From contig NW_027361808.1 in the NCBI RefSeq assembly GCF_039654945.1, positions 20,336,001-20,400,000 on the forward strand: a stretch of 64,000 nucleotides of DNA. Direction: 5' to 3'. The position numbers and the translations under genes are program-made. This stretch comes from Dendrobates tinctorius (taxonomy: Eukaryota). Numbering within the stretch: the stretch's first letter is position 1; every line of letters begins with the position of its first letter. Below are positions 1 to 11,184 of this stretch, piece by piece. The notes beneath the pieces were generated by a model. It made no database searches. It was given only the letters and a program-made list of their open reading frames with translations, and was not told where the DNA came from.

Positions 1-74
1 ATACACGGCTCAGCATACGGTATCACACAGGATAGGATTAGATACACTGCTCAGCAGTGCACACAGGATAGGAT
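1..74. repeat. End of a tandem/satellite repeat (CACACAGGATAGGAT motif)
   Basis: ATACAC.GCTCAGCA and CACACAGGATAGGAT each occur twice; the array runs off the window edge. Confidence 0.6.
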
Positions 75-367
75 GCTTTTATGTGCAATATAATCATTAT
101 AATTTGTTATAACTAACCACAGTTGGTTACTATGCTCAGGCAATGCCAGGCTCTTCAGCTAGTGTTATAAATAAAACTACTTTATTTTTTATACTTTATA
201 TTGAGTACCTTTTATAAAACTTTATTGATAAAGTCATGTGTGGATGACATCTGTTATAAATGTTTTTCCGCTGCAGAAACAAAATAGAACCCCATGTGTG
301 TTTTTACTTGCAGATTACAGTCAAGCTTATGGGGAAAATCCAGAAATAAAATGCATATTTGCAGCAA

Positions 368-520
368 GGTGTAGCACGATGGATCACTGGTTAGCACTGT
401 CGCTTTGCAACAGTGGGGTTCTAGGCTCTAATCCCACCAAGGACAACATCTGCAAGGAGTTTGTATTTTCTCCCCGTGCTTGTGTGGGTTTCCTCCGATT
501 TCTCCTATTTCCTCCCACAC
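368..520 (+). mobile_element. tRNA-derived SINE 5' fragment
   Basis: Degenerate Pol III A/B-box head (GCACGATGGATCACTGGTTAGCAC...GGCTCTAATCCC) followed by a vertebrate SINE core (GAGTTTGTATTTTCTCCCCGTG...GTGGGTTTCCTCC). Confidence 0.7.
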
Positions 521-628
521 ACAATTTTGTGTGTAACAAAACATGGGTAATTGCAATAATATTCCGTGAGAAATACTTAATTTTCTGAAAAAATGTCAAG
601 GGTGTTAATACTTTCGGCCATGACTTTA
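521..628. mobile_element. Tc1-like terminal inverted repeat (TIR) relic
   Basis: Ends in GGGTGTTAATACTTTCGGCCATGACT, resembling a Tc1 TIR end; no partner end seen. Confidence 0.4.
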
Positions 629-697
629 ACACCCTACATGATGTCTAAAGGTGTTTCCTATATTAAAAAAAAAAAATTATATATATATATATATATA

Positions 698-2305
698 CAG
701 TGGGGCAAAAAAGTATTTAGTCAGTCAGCAATAGTGCAAGTTCCACCACTTAAAAAGATGAGAGGCGTCTGTAATTTACATCATAGGTAGACCTCAACTA
801 TGGGAGACAAACTGAGAAAAAAAAATCCAGAAAATCACATTGTCTGTTTTTTTTTCATTTTATTTGCATATTATGGTGGAAAATAAGTATTTGGTCAGAA
901 ACAAAATTTCATCTCAATACTTTGTGATATATCCTTTGTTGGCAATGACAGAGGTCAAACGTTTTCTGTAAGTTTTCACAAGGTTGCCACACACTGTTGT
1001 TGGTATGTTGGCCCATTCCTCCATGCAGATCTCCTCTAGAGCAGTGATGTTTTTGGCTTTTCGCTTGGCAACACGGACTTTCAACTCCCTCCAAAGGTTT
1101 TCTATAGGGTTGAGATCTGGAGACTGGCTAGGCCACTCCAGGACCTTGAAATGCTTCTTACGAAGCCACTCCTTCGTTGCCCTGGCGGTGTGCTTTGGAT
1201 CATTGTCATGTTGAAAGACCCAGCCACGTTTCATCTGCAATGGCCTTGCTGATGGAAGGAAGTTTGCACTCAAAATCTCACGATACATGGCCCCATTCAT
1301 TCTTTCATGTACCCGGATCAGTCGTCCTGGCCCCTTTGCAGAGAAAGAGCCCCAAAGCATGATGTTTCCACCACCATGCTTTACAGTAGGTATGGTGTTT
1401 GATGGATGCAACTCAGTATTCTTTTTCCTCCAAACACGACAAGTTGTGTTTCTACCAAACAGTTCCAGTTTGGTTTCATCAGACCATAGGACATTCTCCC
1501 AAAACTCCTCTGGATCATCCAAATGCTCTCTAGCAAACTTCAGACAGGCCCGGACATGTACAGGCTTAAGCAGTGGGACACGTCTGGCACTGCAGGATCT
1601 GAGTCCATGGTGGCGTAGTGTGTTACTTATGGTAGGCCTTGTTACATTGGTCCCAGCTCTCTGCAGTTCATTCACTAGGTCCCCCCGCGTGGTTCTGGGA
1701 TTTTTGCTCAGCGTTCTTGTGATCATTCTGACCCCACGGGGTGGGATTTTGCGTGGAGCACCAGATCGAGGGAGATTATTAGTGGTCTTGTATGTCTTCC
1801 ATTTTCTAATTATTGCTTCCACAGTTGATTTCTTCACTCCAAGCTGGTTGGCTATTGCAGATTCAGTCTTCCCAGCCTGGTGCAGGGCTACAATTTTGTT
1901 TCTGGTGTCCTTCGACAGCTCTTTGGTCTTCATCATAGTGGAGTGAGTTTGGAGTCAGACTGTTTGAGGGTGTGCACAGGTGTCTTATAATACTGATAAC
2001 AAGTTTAAACAGGTGCCATTACTACAGGTAATGAGTGGAGGAAAGAGGAGACTCTTAAAGAAGAAGTTACAGGTCTGTGAGAGCCAGAAATCTTGTTTGC
2101 TTGTTTCTGACCAAATACTTATTTTCCACCATAATATGCAAATAAAATGAAAAAAAACAGACAATGTGATTTTCTGGATTTTTTTTCTCAGTTTGTCTCC
2201 CATAGTTCAGGTCTACCTATGATGTAAATTACAGACGCCTCTCATCTTTTTAAGTGGTGGAACTTGCACTATTGCTGACTGACTAAATACTTTTTTGCCC
2301 CACTG
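698..2305 (-). mobile_element. Full-length Tc1 (DD34E) DNA transposon, long-TIR type
   Basis: Near-identical ~205-bp TIRs starting CAGTGGGGCAAAAAAGTATTTAG; TA target-site duplication (TSD) at 696-697 and 2306-2307; inserted in a (TA)n tract. Confidence 0.97.
914..1936 (-). CDS. Tc1 transposase, uninterrupted 340-aa ORF
   Basis: Paired-like HTH N-terminus, GAPRK linker, catalytic WSDETK / QHDNDPKH / SPDLNPIE with 34 residues between the second D and E; ends TKY*. Confidence 0.95.
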   Translation of the reverse strand: MMKTKELSKDTRNKIVALHQAGKTESAIANQLGVKKSTVEAIIRKWKTYKTTNNLPRSGAPRKIPPRGVRMITRTLSKNPRTTRGDLVNELQRAGTNVTRPTISNTLRHHGLRSCSARRVPLLKPVHVRACLKFAREHLDDPEEFWENVLWSDETKLELFGRNTTCRVWRKKNTELHPSNTIPTVKHGGGNIMLWGSFSAKGPGRLIRVHERMNGAMYREILSANFLPSARPLQMKRGWVFQHDNDPKHTARATKEWLRKKHFKVLEWPSQSPDLNPIENLWRELKVRVAKRKAKNITALEEICMEEWANIPTTVCGNLVKTYRKRLTSVIANKGYITKY

Positions 2306-2312
2306 TATATAT

Positions 2313-2355
<43 letters not shown>

Positions 2356-2357
2356 AA

Positions 2358-2997
2358 GTAAGGAGGCTAATGGACGTATAATTGATGGGAGGTATGTGTC
2401 GGAGAGATGGCTGCTCCCTGCGATGCAACCCGGAGTATTTTGCTTTAGTGCACGTGAGCACTAAGATGTCGGTTAGTGCAACTGGGTCTGGGTTGCGGGT
2501 AGCTATGAGAGATGGGTGGGACTGGCTACCCATATTCTTCCCATGTGGGTGTGCTTACAGCCTACATAACTGAGGCTGTTTGGCACATGGGCTGTGGCTG
2601 GAGGTGTGTAGACCTCCATGGTCTGTGTGCAGAGAGGGAGAAATCTTCCTGCGTATGTGGCTCCAGACCGAGCCTGAGTGCTGGACATTACCCCAGCCTG
2701 TGTGCTCACAGACCTGAGGGAGCAGAATCCTGCCAGGACCTGTGTGAGGTCAGGGTCATGTGACCTGGCCATGTTAGTGGCTGCTGGTGTCTTGGGAGAG
2801 CAGGAACTCCCACATAGTTCTCGGATGAGCTAGAGGACTGTGCTATGAACACTGATGCTTTGTTTTTGCTTGCTCCAAAGGCTGTTTTCCTTTTGTTGGT
2901 GCTTCCAGGGTTATGCAGCAAATAAACCCATATGGACTTTAAAAGGAACGTGCCTCCTGTCTTCCTCCTGTCGCACCTGAGTGAGTACAATCCCTAC
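2358..2997 (+). mobile_element. Probable solo LTR, same family as 54955-55632
   Basis: Shares CTAATGGACG..GATGGCTGCTCCCTG.GATG.AACCCGGAGTATTTT..CTTTAGTGCACG with the copy at 54955; AATAAA at about 2920; termini imprecise, no TSD seen. Confidence 0.55.
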
Positions 2998-2999
2998 TA

Positions 3000-4174
3000 C
3001 CGTATAAACTTGCGTATAAGCTGAGATTTTCAGCCCATTTTTTGGGGCTGAAAGTTCCCCTCTCGGTTTATACGCAGGTCATATACTGGGGGACGGCGGG
3101 GGAGGGGGAGTGGGGGTGTCAGATCATACTTATCCCCCCCGGCGTGTCGCTGCAGAACCCTCCCGCTTCTCCCACGGTCTCCCTTCAGCGGACACGTGGT
3201 ACCGCTCATTAAAGTCAACAATATACGCATATTCATGGCTTTACCAGGTGACTGCTGAAGGAAGGGAGACCGAGGGAGAAACGAGGGGGCTGCAGAGACG
3301 CGCCAGGAAGGGGTAAGTATATGCAGTATTCACCTGTCCCTGGGCCATTGCTGCTCGCCGCTGTCTGCCACGTCCTCTGTCAGTGACTGTTCAGGCAGCA
3401 GAGGGCGTGGCGCGCACTAACTACATCACCGCGCCCTCTGCTGCCTGAACAGTCACTGACAGAGGACGTGGCAGACAGCGGAGAGCAGCGATGGACCGGG
3501 GACAGGTGAATATCTCAGGTACCGGAGCCTGAGCCAGCGGTGACACCGGCACCTAGCCCCCAGCGACGGAGAGGTGAGTATGTCATTTTTTTAATATTTG
3601 CAGCGGCAGCAGCATATCGGGCATAATCTATGGGGCATCTTATGGGGCAGCATATGTGGCATATTCTATGGAGCATCTTATGCGGGCAAAATCTATGGAG
3701 CATCATATGGGGCATAATCTATGGAGCATCTTATGGGGGCATAATCTATGGAGCATCTTATGGGGGCATAATCTATGAAGCATCTTATGGGGCATATTCT
3801 ACGGAACATCTTATGGGGCCATAACCTTTATGGAGCAGCATATGGGGCATATTCTATGGATCATCTTATGGGGCCATTATTAACCTTTGTGCAGCATTAT
3901 ATGGGGCGTATTCTGTATGGAGCATCTTATGGGGCCATCACAAACTGTATGGGGCTCCAGATTCAATATGGATATTCAAAAACATTTAACCTACTGATGT
4001 CTCAATTAATTTTACTTTTATCGGTATCTATTTTTATTTTTGAAATTTATCAGTAGCTGCGGCATTTTCCACCCTAGGCTTATACGCGAGTCAATGAGTT
4101 TTCCCAGTTTTTGTGGCAAAATTAGGGGGGGGGGTTGGCTTATACTCGGTTTGGCTTATACACAAGTATATACG

Positions 4175-4175
<1 letters not shown>
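3000..4175. mobile_element. Non-autonomous Tc1/mariner-superfamily (Tc2-like) element
   Basis: TIRs CCGTATAAACTTGCGTATAAGC / GCTTATACACAAGTATATACGG; TA on the left, TG on the right; internal ~190-bp hairpin (3327-3513) and a tandem array. Confidence 0.8.
3617..3945. repeat. Minisatellite, ~27-30 bp unit GGGGCATAATCTATGGAGCATCTTAT
   Basis: About 11 degenerate tandem copies read directly. Confidence 0.9.
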
Positions 4176-4217
<42 letters not shown>

Positions 4218-4449
4218 TATACATACACACACACACACAGATTTTAAGTCATTGGGTTCCTATCAACATTTCCATATCACCCAATAAAATCAGGGCAGCC
4301 TCCATCAACATGTGCTATTAAGCTATATAGGCCCCTGGCTCTCCAAAGACTACCGTCCTATCAAGGGCAGGCCACAGATATCCCTCCATATAACTAGACC
4401 TACATAATCTCCTTTGCGTTTCCTCGACTTGGATTGTTCAGGTGAGGCA

Positions 4450-4962
4450 ATTTATCTATTTAACTCACTTATCTAATGCCATTTAAGGTACTGTCACACT
4501 TAGCGATGTACCAGCGATCCGACCAGCGATATGACGCAGTCAGGATCGCTGGTACTTCGCTAAGTGGTCGCTAGTGAGCTGTCACACAGACAGATCTCAC
4601 CGGCGACATCGCAGGGGTCGCTACTTACGTGTCAGATGAGGTGATCCTGATGTCCTCCCGCCCGTGTTCACGCGTCGCTCGTCGTCACAGCAGGAAGCTG
4701 ACGACGAGAAACAGTCCAGGACGTTCTCACGCGATCAGCGATAACCAGCGGGGGAGCGGTCAGAGGTAAGTATCACACTTAGCGATATCGCTATAACGTC
4801 ACAAAAACCAGTGACGTTATAGCGATATTGCTAGCAATATCGCTTAGTGTGACAGGCCCTTAATTCCACAGCGCTTTACAGACATTATCAGCCCGGTCTG
4901 CATTGGGACAGTATGTTTTTGGAGAACATGGAGGAAACCCACGAAAACACAAGGAGAACATA
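4450..4962 (-). mobile_element. SINE relic interrupted by a MITE
   Basis: GGAGGAAACCCACGAAAACACAAGGAGAACATA is the reverse complement of the SINE core at 460-497; TTCCACAGCGCTTTACA tail motif; split at TTAA by 4487-4859. Confidence 0.55.
4487..4859. mobile_element. MITE (TTAA/TWA target, Harbinger- or Kolobok-like); second copy at 53323-53725
   Basis: TIRs GGTACTGTCACACTTAGCGAT / ATCGCTTAGTGTGACAGGCCC flanked by TTAA on both sides. Confidence 0.8.
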
Positions 4963-6496
4963 TAGTGGGGGAAATAAGTACTGTATTTGATCCCTTGCTG
5001 ATTTTGTAAGTTTGCTCACTGACAAAGACATGAACAGTCCATAAGTTTAAGGGTAGGTTAATTTTAACATTGAGAGAAAGAATATCAAAAATAAAATCCA
5101 GAAAATCACATTGTATAAATTATATAAATATATTTGCATTTTGCAGTGGGAAATATGTATTTGATCCCTATGGCAAAAAAGACTTAATACTTGGTGGCAA
5201 AACCCTTGTTGGCAAGCACAGCCATCAGACTTTTTTTGTAGTTGATGATGAGGTTTGCGCACAAGTCAGAAGGTTTTTGCTCCACTCCTCTTTGCAGGTC
5301 ATCTCAAAATCATTAAGATTTTTTTGAGGCTGTCGCTTGACAACTCGGAGCTTTAACTCATAGAGGTTACATCCGGTCACTGGGCTCTGTTCCCAGCCAG
5401 GCTGAGTGGCGGTGAGATCTGGTGTGATCCCCGCTAGCACCATGAGTGCTTACGGCTCACGATGCTAGCAGAGAGCTCACCGAAGTCACCGCAGTTCAGC
5501 CCGGCTGGGAACGGAGCCTCAATGACAGGATGGAACCTCTATGGCGTCACCCCCAATCACTGACGCTGATTTCCCAGCAGCTCATTCACCAGTGGTTCTC
5601 AGCCTGGACTGTCGCATCTTGGCACCATCCAGGTTGAAAACTAATTACCGTATCCTCCAGACATAGATTACGGCATGGGACAGAATGACAGGCAGGTATG
5701 GTATATTGTTGGTTTCTTATTTTACTTTTATAACAGGAGAACAAGGGCTTCAGTGCAATTAAGCGATGCAGTATGGTTTAATTAAGATTATTAAAGGAGT
5801 CTGTGTCATTTTTTCAATGAAAGAAATTTATTCTGGCTGTGTGTTTATTTACAATACAACTATTACTAGGATTACTAGATTATAGGATAGACGCTTCTCC
5901 ATTGCTAAGCCGTGGGCTTGTTGCTACCTGAAAATACAAAGGTGATATCAACTCCACAAATATGAACTCCACTTGCCACCGTTACAGGGCAAGTGGGAAG
6001 AGCCAGGCAAAGCACCAGAATTGGCACATCTAATAGATTTGCCGTTTCTCGGCAGCTGCGGGCTACTGTTTTTAGGCTGGGGGGGTCAATATCTATGGCC
6101 CCTTTCCAGCCTGAGAAAACCAGCCCCAGCTGTGAGCTTTAGCAAGGCTGGTTGTCAAAAATGGGGGGACCTCATGTGGGTTTTTTAAAAATTATTTATT
6201 TAAACAATTAAAAAAAACAGTGTGGGGATCCCTCTATTCTCAATAACTAGCCTTGCTGAAGCTGATACAGTAGCTGAGGGTTGCAGTGAGTTTTGCCTGG
6301 CCGGTTATAGAAAATACAGAGGAACCCACGCAGTTTTTTTCACTCATTTATTTATTTATTTATTTATAGGGCAGGCGGCGGCTGATAAATACCTCCATCA
6401 GCCGATCCTGCTGTCACTGTTATTAGCAGTAGCAGGGGTAGGCTGATGGGAGTAATAGTCCCTTCAGCCACTGCTTGCTGTCTCTTTTATTACTTA

Positions 6497-6922
6497 GGCC
6501 TCTTTCACACTTCATTTGTTTGATGTCAGTCAAAATCCGCCGGTTTTATAAAAAAACGGATCCACCATTTTTTTGGCGGATCTATTTTTTTTCCCATAGA
6601 CTTGCGGATTATGACTGATGGTCGTCCGTTGCATCCGTTTTTTGACGTATCCGTTTGAATTTTAGCGTCCGCCGGCTGGAGTAGACGGACAAAGGAATGT
6701 TTTTTTCCAGCGGCGGACCGCTATTTTAAACTGTGCATGCCCGGAAGATTTTTCCTCTCTCTCCCTCTCCTTTTCCAGACCTCATGTAACTTAGCGGCTG
6801 CAGCAGATCCATCCAAAAAACGGATCCGGTGCATCCGCTCTTTGCAAAACGGAAACGGATCCGTTTTTTCACACTTTGACGGTTTGCAACTCATGGCAAA
6901 CAACTGAAGTGTGAAACAGGCC
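6497..6922. mobile_element. PIF/Harbinger-type MITE
   Basis: TIRs GGCCTCTTTCACACTTCA / TGAAGTGTGAAACAGGCC with TTA TSD; CGGATCCG-rich, related to 28956-29482. Confidence 0.85.
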
Positions 6923-7920
6923 TTAAATGTAACTCATCATTCTACCCTGCTCGCGCCGATCGCCGGCAGAGCAGGGAAGAATGATGAGAGCCATGCTCAG
7001 CACTAGGCGCCGGGAAACAGCGCTTACTGCAACGCTTCTTCCCTGGCGCCCGTCCGTGTGGTACTGATGTGGCACACGCATGCCACACCTGTGAAGCAAG
7101 TATTACACACACAGACACTGACATCTCCAGTACCGGAAATATCAGTACATGTGAAAGAGGCCTTATAGCGTGTTTTTATGTTTGGCTGCTGTCACACACT
7201 AAAAGATGCTTTTTATTGCAAAAAATAGTTTTTGAATCACCACATTTTGAGAGCTATAATTTTTCCATATTTTGGCCCACAGAGTCATGTGAGATCTTGG
7301 TTTTTGTGAGACGAGTTGACGTTTTCATTGGTACAATTTTCCGGCACATGACATTTTTTGATCACTTTCTATTCTGATTTTTGGGAGACAGAATGAACAA
7401 AAACCAGCAATTCATGAATTTCTTTTGGGGGAGGCATTTATACCATTCCGTGTGTGGTAAAATTGATTAAGTAGTTTTATTCTTAGGGTCAGTACGATTA
7501 CAGAGATACCTCATTTCTATAGTTTTTATGTTTTGGCGCTTTTATATAAGAAAAACTATTTTATAGAAAAAAATAATTATTTTTGCATAGTTTTATCCTG
7601 AGAGCTACAACTTTTTTATTTTTCGGCTGATGGAGCTGTATGGTGGCTCATTTTTTGCGGGACAAGATGACGTTTTCAGCGGTACCATGTTTATTTATAT
7701 CTGTCTTTTTTATCGCATGTTATTCCACTTTTTGTTCGGCGGTATGATGAAAAAACATTGTTTTTTGCCTTGTTTTTTATTTTTTTAATGTGTTCACTAA
7801 AGGGGTTAACTAGTGGGACAGTTTTATAGGTCGGATCATTGTGGACGCGGCGATACCAAATATGTGTACTTTTATTGTTTAGATTTTTTTTCATTCAAAT
7901 ATTTACTTAGTGATAGTATA

Positions 7921-9515
7921 CACTACCGTTCAAAAGTTTAGGGTCACTTAGAAATGTCCTTATTTTTGAAAGAAAAGCAGTTTTTTCCCAATGAAGCTAA
8001 CATTAAATGATTCAAAAATACACTCTATAGATTGCTAATGTGGTAAATGACTATTCTAGCTGCAAACATCTGGTTTGTAATGCAATATCTTCATAGGTAT
8101 ATAGAGGCCCATTTCCAACAACCATCACTCCAGTGTTCTTATGGTACTTTGTGTTTGCTAACTGTGTAAGAAGGCTAATGGATGGTTAGAATACCCTTGA
8201 AAACCCTTGTGCAAGTATGTTAGCACAGCTGAAAACAGTTTGGCTTATTAGATAAGCTATAAACCTGACCTTCCTTTGTGCTAGTTGAGAATCTGGAGCA
8301 TTACATTTGTTGGTTCCATTACTCTCAAAATAGCCAGAAAAAAAGAACTTTCATGTGAAACTCGACAGTCTATTCTTGTTCTTAGAAATGAAGGCTATTC
8401 CATGCGAGAAATTGCCAAGAAACTGAAGATTTCTTACAGCAGTGTGTACTATTTCCTTCAGAGGAGAGCACAAACAGGCTCTAACCACAGCAGAAAGAGA
8501 AGTGGGAGGCCCCGTTGCACAACTGAGCAACAAGACAAGTACATTAGAGTCTGTAGCTTGAGAAATCGACGCCTCACAGGTCCTCAACTGGCAGCTTCAT
8601 TAAATAGTACACGCAAAACGCTAGTGTCAACGTCTACAGTGAAGAAGCGACTCCCGGATGCTGGCCTTCAGGGCAGAGTGGCAAAGAAAAAGCTATATCT
8701 GAGACTGGCTAATAAAAGGAAGAGATTAATATGGGAAAAAGAACACAAACATTGGACACAGGAAGATTGGTAAAAAGTGTTTTGGATAGACGAATCCAAG
8801 TTTGAGGTGTTTGGATCACACAGAAGAACATTTGTGAGATGCAGAACAACTGAAAAGATGCTGGAAGAGTGCCTGACGCCATCTGTCAAGCATGGTGGAG
8901 GTAATGTGATGGTCTGGGGTTGCTATGGTGCTGGTAAAGTGGGAGATTTGTAAAAGGGATTTTGAATAAGGAAGGCTATCACTCCATTTTGCAACGCCAT
9001 GCCATACCCTGTGGACAGCGCTTGATTGGATTCAATTTCATCCTACAACAGGACAATGACCCAAAGCACACCTTAAAATCATGCAAGAACTATTTAGAGA
9101 AGAAGCAGGCAGCTGGTATTCTATCTGTAATTGAGTGGCCAGCGCAGTCACCAGATCTCAACCCCATTGAGCTGTTGTAGGAGCAGCTTGACCGTATGGT
9201 ACGCAAAAAGTGCCCATCAAGCCAATCCAACTTGTGGGAGGGCCTTCTGGAAGCATGGGGTGAAATTTCTCCAGATTACCTCAGCAAATTAACTGCTAGA
9301 ATGCCAAAGATCTGCAATGCTGTAATTGCTGCAAAGGGAGCATTCTTTGACGAAAGCAAAGTTTGAAGGACAAAAATTATTATTTCAAATAAAAATCTTT
9401 TTTTCGAACCTTGTCAATGTCTGGACTAGATTTTAAATTCAATTGGCAACTCATTTGATTAATAAAAGTATGAGTTTTCATGGAAAACACAATTGTCTGG
9501 GTGACCCCAAACTTT
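7921..9515 (+). mobile_element. Tc1-superfamily element with DD38E spacing (Intruder/IT-like), decayed
   Basis: TA|CACTACCGTTCAAAAGTTTAGGGTCAC left TIR; truncated right TIR GTGACCCCAAACTTT. Confidence 0.88.
8330..9366 (+). pseudogene. DD38E transposase pseudogene
   Basis: Start ATG changed to ATA; GRPR; WIDESKF; QQDNDPKH...SPDLNPIE with 38 residues between D and E; in-frame stops (8771, 9178). Confidence 0.88.
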
Positions 9516-10873
9516 CGATATATTGATTTTTTTTTATAATTATTTTTGATTTTTTTTTTAAATATTTTTATAATTACTTAAAAACTTATTTTTTTCTTTT
9601 TCTAACTTTTTTACTTAGTCCCACTATGGCACAATCATTTTTTGCAGGCTGATCGCTTCTATAGCACGCAGATGAAGCAGCATCTGCATGCCATAGAAGC
9701 TGTCAGCGCTGCACTGACAGAGAGACATGCTGATCATCATGCACTGCGCATGATCAGCAAGTTTGCTAGGTCTGGTGACCCAGATGTCGTCATGACGACA
9801 TCGGGTCACCATGGCAACGATTGGGACCCCGCATCACATCGCGGGTTTCCTCTCCCAACCAAAGGCAGAGGTGCTGTCTTGCCCTGTGCTGACTTACGGA
9901 ATGATGCTATCGTGTTCTATCGCAGAATTTCGGGGGATTTAAGTGTCAGGATCGGTCTCTGACCGCTCCTGGCACTTACTGCCGGGTGTCAGCTGTCAGA
10001 ATCAACTGACACCCGGCGGTGATCGCCCGCGCACCCCCCTCGAGTGCACGGCCGATCGCGATGAGGTAATATTCTGTCCATTGTCAAATTGGCCCAGGTC
10101 ATATGGACAGAATATTAAATCAGATGTCAGAAAGGGGTTAATGTCCTGGCGGAGGGAAGGTGGTTGTCCCTCAGGATTTTATGGTACATGGCTTTATCCA
10201 TTCTCCCACTGATGTGGTGAAGTAGTTCTGTGCCCTTATCAGAGAAACACCCCTAAAACATAGTGTTTCCACCTCCATGCTTGACAGTGGGGACAGTGTT
10301 CTTTGGGTCATAGGCAGCATTTCTCTTCCTCCAAACACGGCGAGTTGAGTTGATGCCAAAGAGCTCAATTTTTGTCTCATCTGACCACAGCACCTTCTCC
10401 CAATCACTCACAGAATCATCCAAGTGTTTATTGGCAAACTTCAGATGGGCCTGCACATGTGCCTTCTTGGGCAGGGGGACCTTGTGGGCACTGCAGGATT
10501 TTAAACCTTTACAGCGTAATGTGTTACCAATGGTTTTCTTGGTGACTGTGGTCCCAGCTGCCTTGAGATCATTAACAAGTTCCCCCCGTGTAGTTTTAGG
10601 CTGATCTCTCACCTTCCTCATGATCAACCATACCCCACGAGGTGAGATTTTGCATGGTGCCCCAGGTCGATGTTGTTTGACAGTCATTTTGCATATTTTC
10701 CATTTTCTTACTAGTGCACCAACGGTTGTCTCCTTCTAACCCAGCGTCTAATTTATGGTTTTGTAGCCCATTCCAGCATTGTGCAGGTCTATGATCTTAT
10801 CCCTGACATCCTTAGAAAGCTCTTTGCATGTTGCAGAGGTTAGTCTGACTAATTAATTGTCTGTGGACAGGAG

Positions 10874-11184
10874 TAGAGTTGAGCGACTTTAGTCGGATCG
10901 GGTTTCATGAAACAAAATTTGTTTCAGATAAAACTGGTCCGACTAGGGCAAAAAAAGTCGGAGTTTCGTCCGAAACCCGACCCCAATGCAATTCAATGGG
11001 AAATAAAAGTCAGCATTGAGCGGATGACATTCATCCACTCAATGCCGACTTTTATTCCCCATTGACTTGCATTGGGATCAGGTTTCGGACGAAACTCCGA
11101 CTTTTTTTGCCCTAGTCGGACCAGTTTCATCTGAAACAAATTTTGTTTCATGAAACCCGATCCAACTAAAGTCGCTCAACTCTA
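10874..11184. mobile_element. Palindromic hAT-type MITE
   Basis: TAGAGTTGAGCGAC...GTCGCTCAACTCTA; 8-bp TSD GACAGGAG (10866-10873, 11185-11192); the whole element is a near-perfect inverted repeat. Confidence 0.93.

Larger units (their letters stand above)
7165..10136. mobile_element. piggyBac-type non-autonomous element, right part, interrupted by a Tc1
   Basis: Ends AGGGG|TTAA exactly where the host Tc1 resumes; 7165-7915 closely matches 32945-33700; left end missing. Confidence 0.7.

Noticed and set aside
1287-1946. 219-aa plus-strand ORF
   Set aside because: Antisense shadow of the Tc1 transposase
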